Shown piece by piece: positions 1 to 12,590 of a stretch of 64,000 bases of DNA. Origin of the DNA: Macrostomum hystrix (lineage: Eukaryota > Animalia > Platyhelminthes); contig CATNEN010000038.1 in assembly GCA_950097015.1 (NCBI GenBank), positions 4,836,001 through 4,900,000 of the forward strand, in the 5' to 3' direction. How positions within the stretch are numbered: position 1 is the first letter of the stretch; each line of letters begins with the position of its first letter. Under the pieces are notes generated by a model, which worked only from the letters and a program-made list of their open reading frames with translations, did no database searches and had not been told where the DNA came from. Position numbers and translations under genes: made by a program.

Positions 1-692
1 TCGTGAGGCAGATGGGCCTCTTTTCTAGTCAATAGGAATATATTATTATGGGCATTTTTTAAAGTATATCATATGATGCACCGTTGAAGATCGAGCAAAA
101 CACAATGAGAGAAGTCGGGACATTATAACCCCAACATTATAACCCCAGAAAATTTAATAATTTCCCGCTATGAAACAAAGGCATGGTTTAAAATATGAGG
201 CTTTTGCGCATAAAAACTAAAATGGATCATTTTTATTACAATCAAAAACTGCAGTTTAAAATATTCAATCGACCCTGTTGAAATATAAAACAATAACATT
301 TTTGTCCTATTTTGATATGTCAGTACGTGTCAAAGTTAACTACAATTAAACAGCTCTCATTAAGATTTGGCTTAGATTTGTGTGTTTTTCATCCTAATCT
401 GCATTTTCGTATTGTCATGGAACAATTATCAAACACTATAGTTTCATTTAATTTCAACTCATGCTGAAAGTCATTCATTACATGTGGATTTAATTATCTT
501 TTATTTAATGCTCTCACTTCGTATCAATTAGTTTATCTGAAATAAAAAAACTGTTTAGTTATGACGCCATTGGCACCATATTGTTGTCGCTTTTGTAAGT
601 TCTGTTTATTTCCTTCCCCAGTAAATATATTTATAAAAAGCTGACACAAAAGCGAAAAAATCTTAAAACCTTCGAAGCACAAATTAAAGGCT

Positions 693-932
693 AGAGTTTC
701 ACGGAGTGGATAAAGACACAGGTGAGAGAGTTTCACGGAGTGGATAAAGACACAGGTGAGAGAGTTTCACGGAGTGGATTAAGACACAGGTGAGAGAGTT
801 TCACGGAGTGGATAAAGACACAGGTGTGAGAGTTCCACGGACTGGTTAAAGATACAGGTGAGAGTTCCACGGACTGATTAAAGATACAGGTGAGAGTTCC
901 ACGGACTGGTTAAAGATTCAGGTGAGAGTTCA
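693..932. repeat. Minisatellite, 32-34 bp unit (gagagtttcacggagtggataaagacacaggtga), ~7 copies
   Basis: Direct tandem copies visible, diverging towards the right end. Confidence 0.95.
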
Positions 933-1749
933 CATAATTAATAGGCAAGTAGTTATGCAATGCGAGTTTTAACAAAAGTAAACAGTCTTGGTCCCTTGAA
1001 CAGGGATCACAGTATGCAAACTTGGAGCATTTTGTTATTGACTGCGACATTCTACGACCCAATGAGCTTTGGGTATGTTGACTAACTGACTTTCTGCTCT
1101 CTAGCTGCACTTAGCAGGGTGACAGGTAAATTTGTTAAGTAAATTGGCATCACTGGCTTACAGTTCAAGGTAGACAGTCAAAGTGCTGTTATATATAGCA
1201 TCACTTATCTGTCAGTCTGTGCATCCTTAACTAGCTTTTCTCTAATTGTGCCTTCGCTTTTGAAGTGGCTCTGCCGCATTGCGAATGACAAATGCTTTCT
1301 TAAGAATCCGTGCTCCCTCAAACCATTCCATATTTGGATTACTTTCCTTTGAGCTATAGCTCGGTTTTTAGAAGCAGACAAAAGCCAAACTTGCATACTA
1401 GCTTCAGATATTCTGAGTACTTTCTGTTCTAGAATGCTATAAATATTATATACCATACTACAAACAATAATTACACGGCTCAGAATCAGCAGATACCTAA
1501 TGCACAGCAAGCAGGATCTTAACTCTGGCTAATTAAATGTTTTCACATATGTGCTGGGAGGGTTGAAGCGCAAATGACAGACTGTGAAACCAAGACTCAG
1601 GGGCGTTACTTTTGTGAGATGCAACGGAAACTTGATAACTCTCCCTGCGCCAGTGCATTTCGGGAGGAAGATTGATAGACGCTGATGATGAAGCTGGAAA
1701 CACTTGAAAGGTCGCCTGACGGCGCTAGAAGTCAGAAACATCACGTGTA

Positions 1750-4700
1750 AGCTAGAAACTTCCCCATCTAGAAACTTCCCAAGCTAGAAACTTCCCTATC
1801 TAGAAACTTCCCAATCTAGAAACTTCCCCATCTAGAAACTTCCCAATCTAGAAACTTCCCAAGCTAGAAACTTCCCAAGCTAGAAACTTCGCAATCTAGA
1901 AACTTCCCAGTCTAGAAACTTCGCAATCTAGAAACTTCCCAATCTAGAAACTTCCCAATCTAGAAACTTCCCCATCTAGAAACTTCCCAGTCTAGAAACT
2001 TCCCAATCTAGAAACTTCCCCATCTAGAAACGTCCCAATCTAGAAACTTCCCCATCTAGAAACTTCCCAATCTAGAAACTTCCCAATCTAGAAACTTCCC
2101 AAGCTAGAAACTTCCCAATCTAGAAACTTCCCCATCTAGAAACTTCCCCATCTAGAAACTTCCCCATCTAGAAACTTCCCAGTCTAGAAACTTCCCAATC
2201 TAGAAACTTCCCAATCTAGAAACTTCCCAATCAAGAAACTTCCCAAGCTAGAAACTTCCCAAGCTAGAAACTTTCCAATCTAGAAACTTCCCCATCTAGA
2301 AACTTCCCAAGCTAGAAACTTCCCAATCTAGAAACTTCCCAATCTAGAAACTTCCCAATCTAGAAACTTCCCCATCTAGAAACTTCCCAATCTAGAAACT
2401 TCCCAAGCTAGAAACTTCCCAATCTAGAAACTTCCCCATCTAGAAACTTCCCCCTCTAGAAACTTCCCAATCTAGAAACTTCCCAATCTAGAAACTTCCC
2501 CATCTAGAAACTTCCCCACCTAGAAACTTCGCAATCTAGAAACTTCCCAATCTAGAAACTTCCCAATCTAGAAACTTCCCCATCTAGAAACTTCCCCATC
2601 TAGAAACTTCCCCATCTAGAAACTTCCCCATCTAGAAACTTCCCCATCTAGAAACTTCCCCACCTAGAAACTTCGCAATCTAGAAACTTCCCAATCTAGA
2701 AACTTCCCAATCTAGAAACTTCCCCATCTAGAAACTTCCCCATCTAGAAACTTCCCCATCTAGAAACTTCCCCATCTAGAAACTTCCCCATCTAGAAACT
2801 TCCCAATCTAGAAACTTCCCCATCTAGAAACTTCCCAATCTAGAAACTTCCCCATCTAGAAACTTCCCCATCTAGAAACTTCCCAATCTAGAAACTTCCC
2901 CATCTAGAAACTTCCCAATCTAGAAACTTCCCCATCTAGAAACTTCCCAATCTAGAAACTTCCCTATCTAGAAACTTCCCAATCTAGAAACTTCCCAATC
3001 TAGAAACTTCCCCATCTAGAAACTTCCCAATCTAGAAACTTCCCCATCTAGAAACTTCCCCATCTAGAAACTTCGCAATCTAGAAACTTCCCAATCAAGA
3101 AACTTCCCAAGCTAGAAACTTCCCAATCAAGAAACTTCCCAAGCTAGAAACTTCCCAAGCTAGAAACTTCCCAATCTAGAAACTTCCCTATCTAGAAACT
3201 TCCCAAGCTAGAAACTTCCCAATCTAGAAACTTCCCAATCTAGAAACTTCCCAATCTAGAAACTTCCCTATCTAGAAACTTCGCAATCTAGAAACTTCCC
3301 AATCTAGAAACTTCCCAATCTAGAAACTTCCCCATCTAGAAACTTCCCAATCTAGAAACTTCCCCATCTAGAAACTTCCCCATCTAGAAACTTCGCAATC
3401 TAGAAACTTCCCAATCAAGAAACTTCCCAAGCTAGAAACTTCCCAATCAAGAAACTTCCCAAGCTAGAAACTTCCCAAGCTAGAAACTTCCCAATCTAGA
3501 AACTTCCCTATCTAGAAACTTCCCAAGCTAGAAACTTCCCAATCTAGAAACTTCCCAATCTAGAAACTTCCCAATCTAGAAACTTCCCCATCTAGAAACT
3601 TCCCAATCTAGAAACTTCCCCCTCTAGAAACTTCCCAATCTAGAAACTTCCCAATCTAGAAACTTCCCCATCTAGAAACTTCCCCACCTAGAAACTTCGC
3701 AATCTAGAAACTTCCCAATCTAGAAACTTCCCAATCTAGAAACTTCCCCATCTAGAAACTTCCCCATCTAGAAACTTCCCCATCTAGAAACTTCCCCATC
3801 TAGAAACTTCCCCATCTAGAAACTTCCCAAGCTAGAAACTTCCCCATCTAGAAACTTCCCAATCTAGAAACTTCCCCATCTAGAAACTTCCCCATCTAGA
3901 AACTTCCCCATCTAGAAACTTCCCAATCTAGAAACCTCCCAATCTAGAAACTTCCCCATCTAGAAACTTCCCCATCTAGAAACTTCCCCCTCTAGAAACT
4001 TCCCCCTCTAGAAACTTCCCCATCTAGAAACTTCCCCATCTAGAAACGTCCCAATCTAGAAACTTCCCCCTCTAGAAACTTCCCAATCTAGAAACTTCCC
4101 CCTCTAGAAACTTCCCAATATAGAAACTTCCCCCTCTAGAAACTTCCCAATCTAGAAACTTCCCCATCTAGAAAATTCCCAATCTAGAAACTTCCCCATC
4201 TAGAAACTTCCCAATCTAAATACTTCCACATCTAAAAAATTCCCAATCTAGAAACTTCCCCATCTAGAAACTTCCCCATCTAGAAACTTCCCCCTCTAGA
4301 AACTTCCCCCTCTAGAAACTTCCCCCTCTAGAAACTTCCCAATCTAGAAACTTCCCCATCTAGAAACTTCCCCATCTAGAAACTTCCCAATCAAGAAACA
4401 TTCCCAATCTAGAAACTTCCCCATCTAGAAACTTCCACATCTAAAAAATTCCCAATCTAGAAACTTCCCCATCTAGAAACTTCCCCATCTAGAAACTTCC
4501 CCCTCTAGAAACTTCCCCCTCTAGAAACTTCCCAATCTAGAAACTTCCCAATCTAAAAACTTCCCCATCTAGAAACTTCCCCACCTAGAAACTTCGCAAT
4601 CTAGAAACTTCCCAATCTAGAAACTTCCCAATCTAGAAATTTCCCCATCTAGAAACTTCCCAATCTAGAAACTTCCCCATCTAGAAACTTCCCAATCTAA

Positions 4701-5084
4701 ATACTTCCACATCTAAAAAATTCCCAATCTAGAAACTTCCCCATCTAGAAACTTCCCCCTCTAGAAACTTCCCCCTCTAGAAACTTCCCAATCTAGAAAC
4801 TTCCCCATCTAGAAACTTCCCCATCTAGAAACTTCCCAATCAAGAAACATTCCCAATCTAGAAACTTCCCCATCTAGAAACTTCCCAATCTAGAAATTTC
4901 CCCATCTAGAAACTTCCCAATCTAGAAACTTCCCCATCTAGAAACTTCCCCATCTAGAAACTTCCCCATCTAGAAACTTCCCAATCTAGAAACTTCCCCA
5001 TCTAGAAACTTCCCAATCTAGAAACTTCCCCATCTAGAAACTTCCCCATCTAGAAACTTCCCCATCTAGAAACTTCCCAATCTA
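1750..5084. repeat. 3.3 kb satellite, 16 bp unit (tctagaaacttcccaa/ca), ~208 copies
   Basis: Continuous tandem array; variant units recur in longer blocks. Confidence 0.99.
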
Positions 5085-5768
5085 CCGAGAATCTTCACGG
5101 AGTGGATAAAGACACATTGTGATGTCACAGTCATGAAGCTCGCTCTGAGTAAAATGGCAGAGCATCGCAGACTGCAGCACCAGGGTTCTTATTTTCCGCC
5201 TCATCTTTTTCCCCCACTTTTTCTACAATTTTTTGTTTCCATCAGAGGCCAGCACATGCTGAGTTTCACCTTCCTCCCTCCTTTGCCCCTCCTTTTGCTC
5301 CCTGCTCCCTCGCATTTCCTGCCAGCTTTCTTTTGGCCGACTAAGCAGAACAAGCAGTCCCATCGGCCTCCTCAGCGTCCTTCCTTACGATTCCACCCAC
5401 GCAAGGCAGTGCGGCCCCCTCTCCCGGCCTCTCCAATCATCGTCCAGACCCTGTTCTCAAAGACAGACACTGGCTTTGAAGAAACTGCTAATAATTCCGG
5501 TGAGGGCTCGGCTCCTCTTCCCAACAACCCCCCCAGTGCCCCACTTTCCTGTTGAGGCATCCTCATGGAAGGGATTCAAGGGCCGAATTCCCCTATCCCC
5601 AATGAGCCCATCCAATCAGGAGACGATCCTCTACCGGACTCAACTTTACCTGCGCGCTGCCCTCATCCTCAGCGGAAGGCTCATATTTAGCAGACGCTCC
5701 GAGTGGTAACTTTCATATTCCAACTCTTTCAAAGAAGATATTGAACTCTTTGGGGAAAGGAAAGCACA

Positions 5769-8700
5769 ATGTCCATGCCGCATCCCTGCTTGCACCTGCT
5801 GCCACAGGGCCAGGCCCCGGACATGTACCAGTTCTACCAGTTCTACAAGTGCATGAACTTCACCAACCTCACCCGCCTGCTCGAGGCCATAGACGAAAAC
5901 AGTTTAGCGGTGCAGCGCCGCCGCCTGCCGCCTATGCTCGGCCTCACAGCCGCCTTTGGCGTCCTGATCGCGGCCGGAGCCGCGGCCAATCTTCTACTCA
6001 TTGGCGTGATCTGCTCTCGACGCGAACTTCGCACCTCGTCGCATTACGCTTTCGTTTTAAACCTGGCTTGCTCGGACCTGCTGCTGTGCCTGCTCACCCA
6101 GCCGCTGAACCTGCTCAGGCTGCTGCAGCCGCACTACGGCTGGTGGTACGGCAGCGCCTTGTGCAAGCTTGGAAACCTGCTGACCGGAGTCAACCTCTTC
6201 GTGTCCACCTTCTCTGTCAGCGCTATCGCTTTGGACAGATTCAGGGTGAGCTGGGAGACTGGGAATCCGCCCTCATTTCCGCCTACCTGAGACTGGGAAT
6301 CCGCCCCCGATTCCGCTTACCTGAGACTGGGAATCCGCCCCCGATTCCGCTTACCTGAGACTGGGAATCCGCCCTCATTTCCGCCTACCTGAGACTGGGA
6401 ATCCGCCCTCATTTCCGATTAGCTGAGACTGGGAATCCGCCATCATTTCCGATTAGCTGAGACTGGGAATCCGCCCTCATTTCCGATTAGCTGAGACTGG
6501 GAATCCGCCATCATTTCCGATTAGCTGAGACTGGGAATCCGCCCTCATTTCCGATTAGCTGAGACTGGGAATCCGCCATCATTTCCGATTAGCTGAGACT
6601 GGGAATCCGCCCTCATTTCCGCCTACCTGAGACTGGGAATCCGCCCTCATTTCCGATTAGCTGAGACTGGGAATCCGCCCTCATTTCCGATTAGCTGAGA
6701 CTGGGTATCCGCCCTCATTTCCGCCTACCTGAGAATGGGAATCCGCCCCCGATTCCGCTTACCTGAGACTGGGAATCCGCCCTCATTTCCGCCTACCTGA
6801 GACTGGGAATCCGCCCTCATTTCCGATTAGCTGAGACTGGGAATCCGCCATCATTTTCGCCTACCTGAGACTGGGAATCCGCCCTCATTTCCGATTAGCT
6901 GAGACTGGGAATCCGCCCTCATTTCCGCCTACCTGAGACTGGGAATCCGCCCCCGATTCCGCTTACCTGAGACTGGGAATCCGCCCTCATTTCCGCCTAC
7001 CTGAGACTGGGAATCCGCCCTCATTTCCGATTAGCTGAGACTGGGAATCCGCCATCATTTTCGCCTACCTGAGACTGGGAATCCGCCCTCATTTCCGATT
7101 AGCTGAGACTGGGAATCCGCCATCATTTCCGATTAGCTGAGACTGGGAATCCGCCCTCATTTCCGATTAGCTGAGACTGGGTATCCGCCCTCATTTCCGA
7201 TTAGCTGAGACTGGGAATCCGCCCTCATTTCCGCCTACCTGAGACTGGGAATCCGCCCTCATTTCCGATTAGCTGAGACTGGGAATCCGCCCTCATTTCC
7301 GATTAGCTGAGACTGGGTATCCGCCCTCATTTCCGCCTACCTGAGAATGGGAATCCGCCCTCATTTCCGATTAGCTGAGACTGGGAATCCGCCCTCATTT
7401 CCGATTAGCTGAGACTGGGTATCCGCCCTCATTTCCGCCTACCTGAGACTGGGAATCCGCCCTCATTTCCGATTAGCTGAGACTGGGAATCCGCCCTCAT
7501 TTCCGATTAGCTGAGACTGGGTATCCGCCCTCATTTCCGCCTACCTGAGAATGGGAATCCGCCCTCATTTCCGATTAGCTGAGACTGGGAATCCGCCCTC
7601 ATTTCCGCCTACCTGAGACTGGGAATCCGCCATCATTTTCGCCTACCTGAGACTGGGAATCCGCCCTCATTTCCGATTAGCTGAGACTGGGAATCCGCCC
7701 TCATTTCCGCCCACCTGAGACTGGGAATCCGCCCTCGATTCCGCCCACCTGAGATTCTGAGAATCTGAATCCGCACACAGTTTCATGAGATTGAGGATTT
7801 CACACCTGAGATTTCGGATCAGCTGTTGAGTTGATGCAGATTTCCTGTCTTTTTGATGCATAAATCACAAGATTTTAAGTGCTCTATAGACTCACCTACG
7901 TGTCATTTCTCATGTTAATCTCAGTCTGGCCGCGGCAGATTTTGAAATCACTTCTCGTCTGTCTAAAATTTATTTTTTACTTGTTTTAATTAGAGAGGAA
8001 GCTAAAGCTGCTTGCACTCACTAATCCTGTGATCCGGTGTTTTTTATAACTTGTCTGAGCACACAGCTAGAGCTTGCTGTTGCCGTATCTCCACTCAGCA
8101 ACTCTGACAATCTGCGAGCAGTCCCGTTTCATTTGTGACTTCAGCGACTGAAACATGAGGCGGCGCACCCGGCCTCTGTTTTCTGATAGATAAAAAATTA
8201 TTGACTAACAAAATAATTTGAGTCTATTTTGAGGCATCTCTTCTCAGCGATTCCTAATCAATTCTGGCCGCGTGTCCATTTGTCCAGCAGCAGCTCCATC
8301 GACTCCTATGTCCCTGGCTCTTCTCTTGCCTGACAGACAGTCTGGACAGCGGACCCCCTCGGCCATCGGTCTTGTAATTAATTCCCCCTGACTACAGCTG
8401 CTACACACCGAGTTTGCGTGCTGGACCAAAGCAGCAATCCAATGATTTTCCTGCTCTGAGCACCGCTGAGTTGACAGATTGGAGCCCGTGATTAGACCGG
8501 GCCTCCTTGCCGGCTTCACCTACTGAACTGCCTCCGCCCAGGAATGTCAATCAATTTCTCCCAGATTGGAAAGAGTTTTTTTGATGCGATGTACAGGAAA
8601 CCAAAAAAATCGGAGGGCACGGGGTCATGGCTAGAAAATACTTTTCTTCCAAGAGGTCAAACGACAAAGAATAACCGAACAATAACACCGATTCCCCCAT

Positions 8701-10004
8701 AAACCAATTCCACACACTGACCCCTACATACAGCCACCCCAACTCCGCCTCATCCAGCACACACTGACCCCTACATACAGCCACCCCAACTCCGCCTCAT
8801 CCAGCACACACTGACCCCAAAAACAGCCACCCCAACTCCGCCTCTTCCAGCACACACTGACCCCAAACACACAGCCACCCCAACTCCGCCTCTTCCAGCA
8901 CACACTGACCCCAAACACACAGCCACCCCAACTCCACACATTCCAGCACACATCGACCCCCAAATAGAATCACCAGAACTCCGCAGTCCAATATTTAATA
9001 TTTAATCGAATATTAAATAAATTTCTATCATCTTGCCGACACTGCATTTAAAACCTCCGCCCGCAACCTTCGCGCAGTCGATCGTTCATCCGTCGTCTGG
9101 ACGCGTGCCGCGCCGTCGCCTGCAGGCCTTCGTGCTGCTAATCTGGTGCCTCGGCCTGCTGATGGCCTCCCCGCTGGCCTGGCTCGCCAAGCTGACGGAG
9201 AATCGCGGCTTCGCCAGCCGCCGAGTCTACCTGTGCACCGAGGACACGGGAGTCGGTATTGGCACCTCCCTGAAGCTGGCCTACAGCTGCGTCACTCTGG
9301 CCGTCCAGTTCCTCATCCCGCTGACGGTGCTGCTGGTGGCGTACGCCCGCATTGGGCGGGTGATGCAGCGCCGAATTCCCAGCATCCGGCCGCCCCCGAC
9401 TCGCTCGGCCTCCGAATATCGCCGGCGCCGATCACGTCGGGAACGCCGACGTCAGACTCGGGCCAAGTCGCTACTGGCCCTGACTGTCGGGCAGTTCGCT
9501 GTGTGCTGGTGCCCGCTGACCATCCTGAATGTCTACATGGACATCGCCACGCTGAGGGTGCAATCGCTCAGAATTGATTACAATTCGAGCGGCGCTGGCG
9601 GCGCTAAGGGCGGCGGTGGCGGCAGCGGCGAAGCCGGCGGTGGGGCCGGAGGTGGCGATGTGTTCGCCATCCAGATGCTGCAGGGCAGCTGCCTGCTGCT
9701 TCTGCTCATTTCGACCTGCGCCAATCCGGCTTTGCACGGCTTTTTCAGTGAGAATTTCCGCTCGGAGTTTGACAGAATCTTCCGCAGACGGAGACGCAGA
9801 AACGTGGCCGCTGACGAGGCCGAAGCCGGCCGGCGGCGAACACAGCAGCGGCAGCAGCATGAGGCCGAAGCCGTTGCCCCGCTGCAACCGTGCCCGGATG
9901 CGCAGAGCGAGCTTCATCACAAATTTCGAAAAGGAGAAGACGATGATGTCATTGGCAGTCTCGTAGCTGCAGGCGATCTGGCCATGACCGGCTGCCAGGA
10001 GTAG
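5769..10004 (+). CDS. Class A neuropeptide GPCR, NPY/NPF-receptor-like (~467 aa); exons 5769-6245 and 9078-10004
   Basis: Seven hydrophobic segments; N-glycosylation sequons NFT/NLT; NLACSDLL (TM2); WWYGSALCK; IALDRFR|SIVHP across a phase-0 GT(6246)..AG(9077) intron; QFLIPL..YARI (TM5); FAVCWCPL (TM6); STCANPALHGFFSENFRSEF (TM7/H8). Start codon uncertain. Confidence 0.9.
6255..7756. repeat. Intronic minisatellite, 34 bp unit (gagactgggaatccgccctcatttccgattagct), ~44 copies
   Basis: Tandem copies begin ~9 bp after the GPCR splice donor. Confidence 0.98.
8711..8962. repeat. Minisatellite, ~48 bp unit, ~5 copies
   Basis: ctgacccc...cagccaccccaactccgcctc recurs at 48 bp period. Confidence 0.9.
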
Positions 10005-10390
10005 CAGACTGTCAACGAGGGAGCATCGCCAACCGATGACTTCACAGCGGAGACCACACTGATTGGCGGCAGCTCTGTGCCAGCCGTTATTATTCTAGTG
10101 GGCAACGGCCACTGAAAATGAGATGTCAAACTATCTCCAACTTTCTACTTTGCTAAATGCATGGACTGCTTCTACATATACTCGTTGCTGTCTGCAATGC
10201 AAGGTACCAGAAATGCAAGTTAACATATTTCGAGACTTCTTTAAGAAAAGTGATTCGAGGCGATCCATCCATCCATCCATTCATTCCTGGAATGGGATTT
10301 GAGAAGCTTAAAAAATAATTAAGACGGATAAGAACTCTATTGGCTTTTTCTTAGAAATGTGTTTCGAGTCACGGAAGTATTTCTAAAATG

Positions 10391-11152
10391 TTTCTAGGAA
10401 AGTTATCTGAGATGATAGCTTCTAGGAAAGTTTGCTGATATGACAGTTTCTAGAAAAGTTATCTGAGATGACAGTTTCTAGGAAAGTTATCTGAGATGAC
10501 AGTTTCTAGGAAAGTTATCTGAGATGACAGTTTCTAGGAAAGTTATCTGAGATGACAGTTTCTAGGAAAGTTATCTGAGATGACAGCTTCTAGGAAAGTT
10601 ATCTGAGATGACAGTTTCTAGGAAAGTTATCTGAGATGACAGTTTCTTGGAAAGTTATCTGAGATGACAGTTTCTAGGAAAGTTATCTGAGATGACAGTT
10701 TCTAGGAAAGTTATCTGAGATGACAGCTTCTAGGAAAGTTATCTGAGATGACAGTTTCTGGGAAAGTTATCTAAGATGACAGTTTCTAAGAAAGTTATCT
10801 GAGATGACAGTTTCTAAGAAAGTTATCTGAGCTGACTGTTTCTAAGAAAGTTATCTGAGATGACTGTTTCTAGAAAAGTTATCTGAGATGACAGTTTCTA
10901 GGAAAGTTATCTGAGATGACAGTTTCTAGGAAAGTTATCTGAGATGACAGCTTCTAGGAAAGTTATCTGAGATGACTGTTTCTAGGAAAGTTAGCTGATA
11001 TGACTGTTTCTAGGAAAGTTATCTGAGATGACTGTTTCTAGGAAAGTTATCTGAGATGACTGTTTCTAGGAAAGTTATCTGAGATGACTGTTTCTAGGAA
11101 AGTTATCTGAGATGACAGCTTCTAGGAAAATTATCTGAGATGACTGTTTTTA
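10391..11152. repeat. Minisatellite, 28 bp unit (ctaggaaagttatctgagatgacagttt), ~27 copies
   Basis: Direct tandem copies. Confidence 0.98.
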
Positions 11153-12590
11153 AGAATGGAATCTCAGTTTAAAGTTTCTATGCATAAGGATCTGAGCTTA
11201 TAGATTCTATGGATGTAATTTGGGATCCTTGGATTGGAGATCAGTAATTAAGTGTTTTGCACTTTTCTGACCATTATGCAAACAAAAATCGGTGTCTGGC
11301 ACATGTAATCGTCTCCTTCAAATTGACATCCAGATGATTCAATTTTGGACAATCCCTGTAGTATTCGAAAATCTTATTTTGTTAAACAAATTATTTTGCA
11401 TCGTTGTCAAGATAAATAGAGCTCTGGAATACAAAAAACGCAGAATAACTCTACCTGTACGATTGCTTATATGCTATATTAACTGTGGATTTGTGCGCTA
11501 ATTGTATTGTTTTGACGTTGTTCAGATTTACTAAACAGCCCCCCACGGGCTGTTTGTGTGGCTGTTTTGTGTGGCATTGTGTGGCTGCCTTAAATTAATA
11601 GTGGTCTTTGCAAACAAAATCAGGGGGTAGAAAACCAGGACGGGGTAGAAAACCAGCGATCAGCCAATCAGCGCCTGGCCTGCATGGTGTGAGATTGGCC
11701 CCACTGGACGGAATGACATGAGGCAAGGAGGGTCGCAGAGCTGAGAGGCAGCCAATCAGAAAGACCGAGAGTAGAGAATTCTGTTATTTTCTTTTGAGGA
11801 CTGCAAACTGGGCGAAACTGACTATTTGAAATAATCAGTCACATGCAATTCTTAGAAAACCTCTAATTTCTGAATGGTCGAAATTTCGAAGTCGTCACTG
11901 ACGTGGACTTTTGTGAGATATAATGTGTGAGAATCTTAACTACAAATAAAAGTTTCTATCTACGCAAGTTTATCTCGACCGGTTATCGACCGGTTTAGTA
12001 AGGCCCATGGCCAGAGTTCGTGCTGTCTTCCTGATTCTGCCAGTTGTTTCTTTGCCATTTGCTTCGCTCGAAGGATTTCAAGTAGTAGGCCCTTTTAATG
12101 GGGCCAATCTATAGTATGAGATCATGCTCAGCATACGGGGTCGCTTTGAATGGGAAGCGAGCCCCTGCCCTCCCCCCAATGTGTGCTCTCTCTCCCACTC
12201 TCTCCCTCTCGCTCGTTCTGCTTTCAAAGCAAACTTTTAACCACGCAAAGCTGTGGGGAGGGTCGGCATTTATCCGACATGAAAGCATCCCCGAAGAATC
12301 CCAAAAGAATCCCCAAAGCAGAACCAATCTCCTGTGCTAAGCGGCAGACAAAACCCGGAATCGCACTTAATCCTTAACAGCCGAGTGGGCCGCGGTCCGA
12401 AATCTGCCGGCCGAGCATTTTCGAATCTTCGAGCACAAAAGGCTTAACGGGCGGGTCTAAAAAGTTCCTTCTCAGTTAGATAATTATTTTTTCTCTCTCT
12501 CTAATCTCGGATTAGCATTTCTTCTTTCCCTGCTCAGTGGTTAGACTGCAGTTGCTGTGCAGGAAATCAGGGGACTCTGCGTCAGCGGCT

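Noticed and set aside
1205-1510. Minus-strand ORF with IQIWNGL, faintly like LINE C-termini
   Set aside because: Single weak motif, no RT motifs nearby
5133-5709. Pro-rich ORFs upstream of the GPCR
   Set aside because: No recognisable domain or splice link; cannot support, though an upstream exon or TE relic is not excluded
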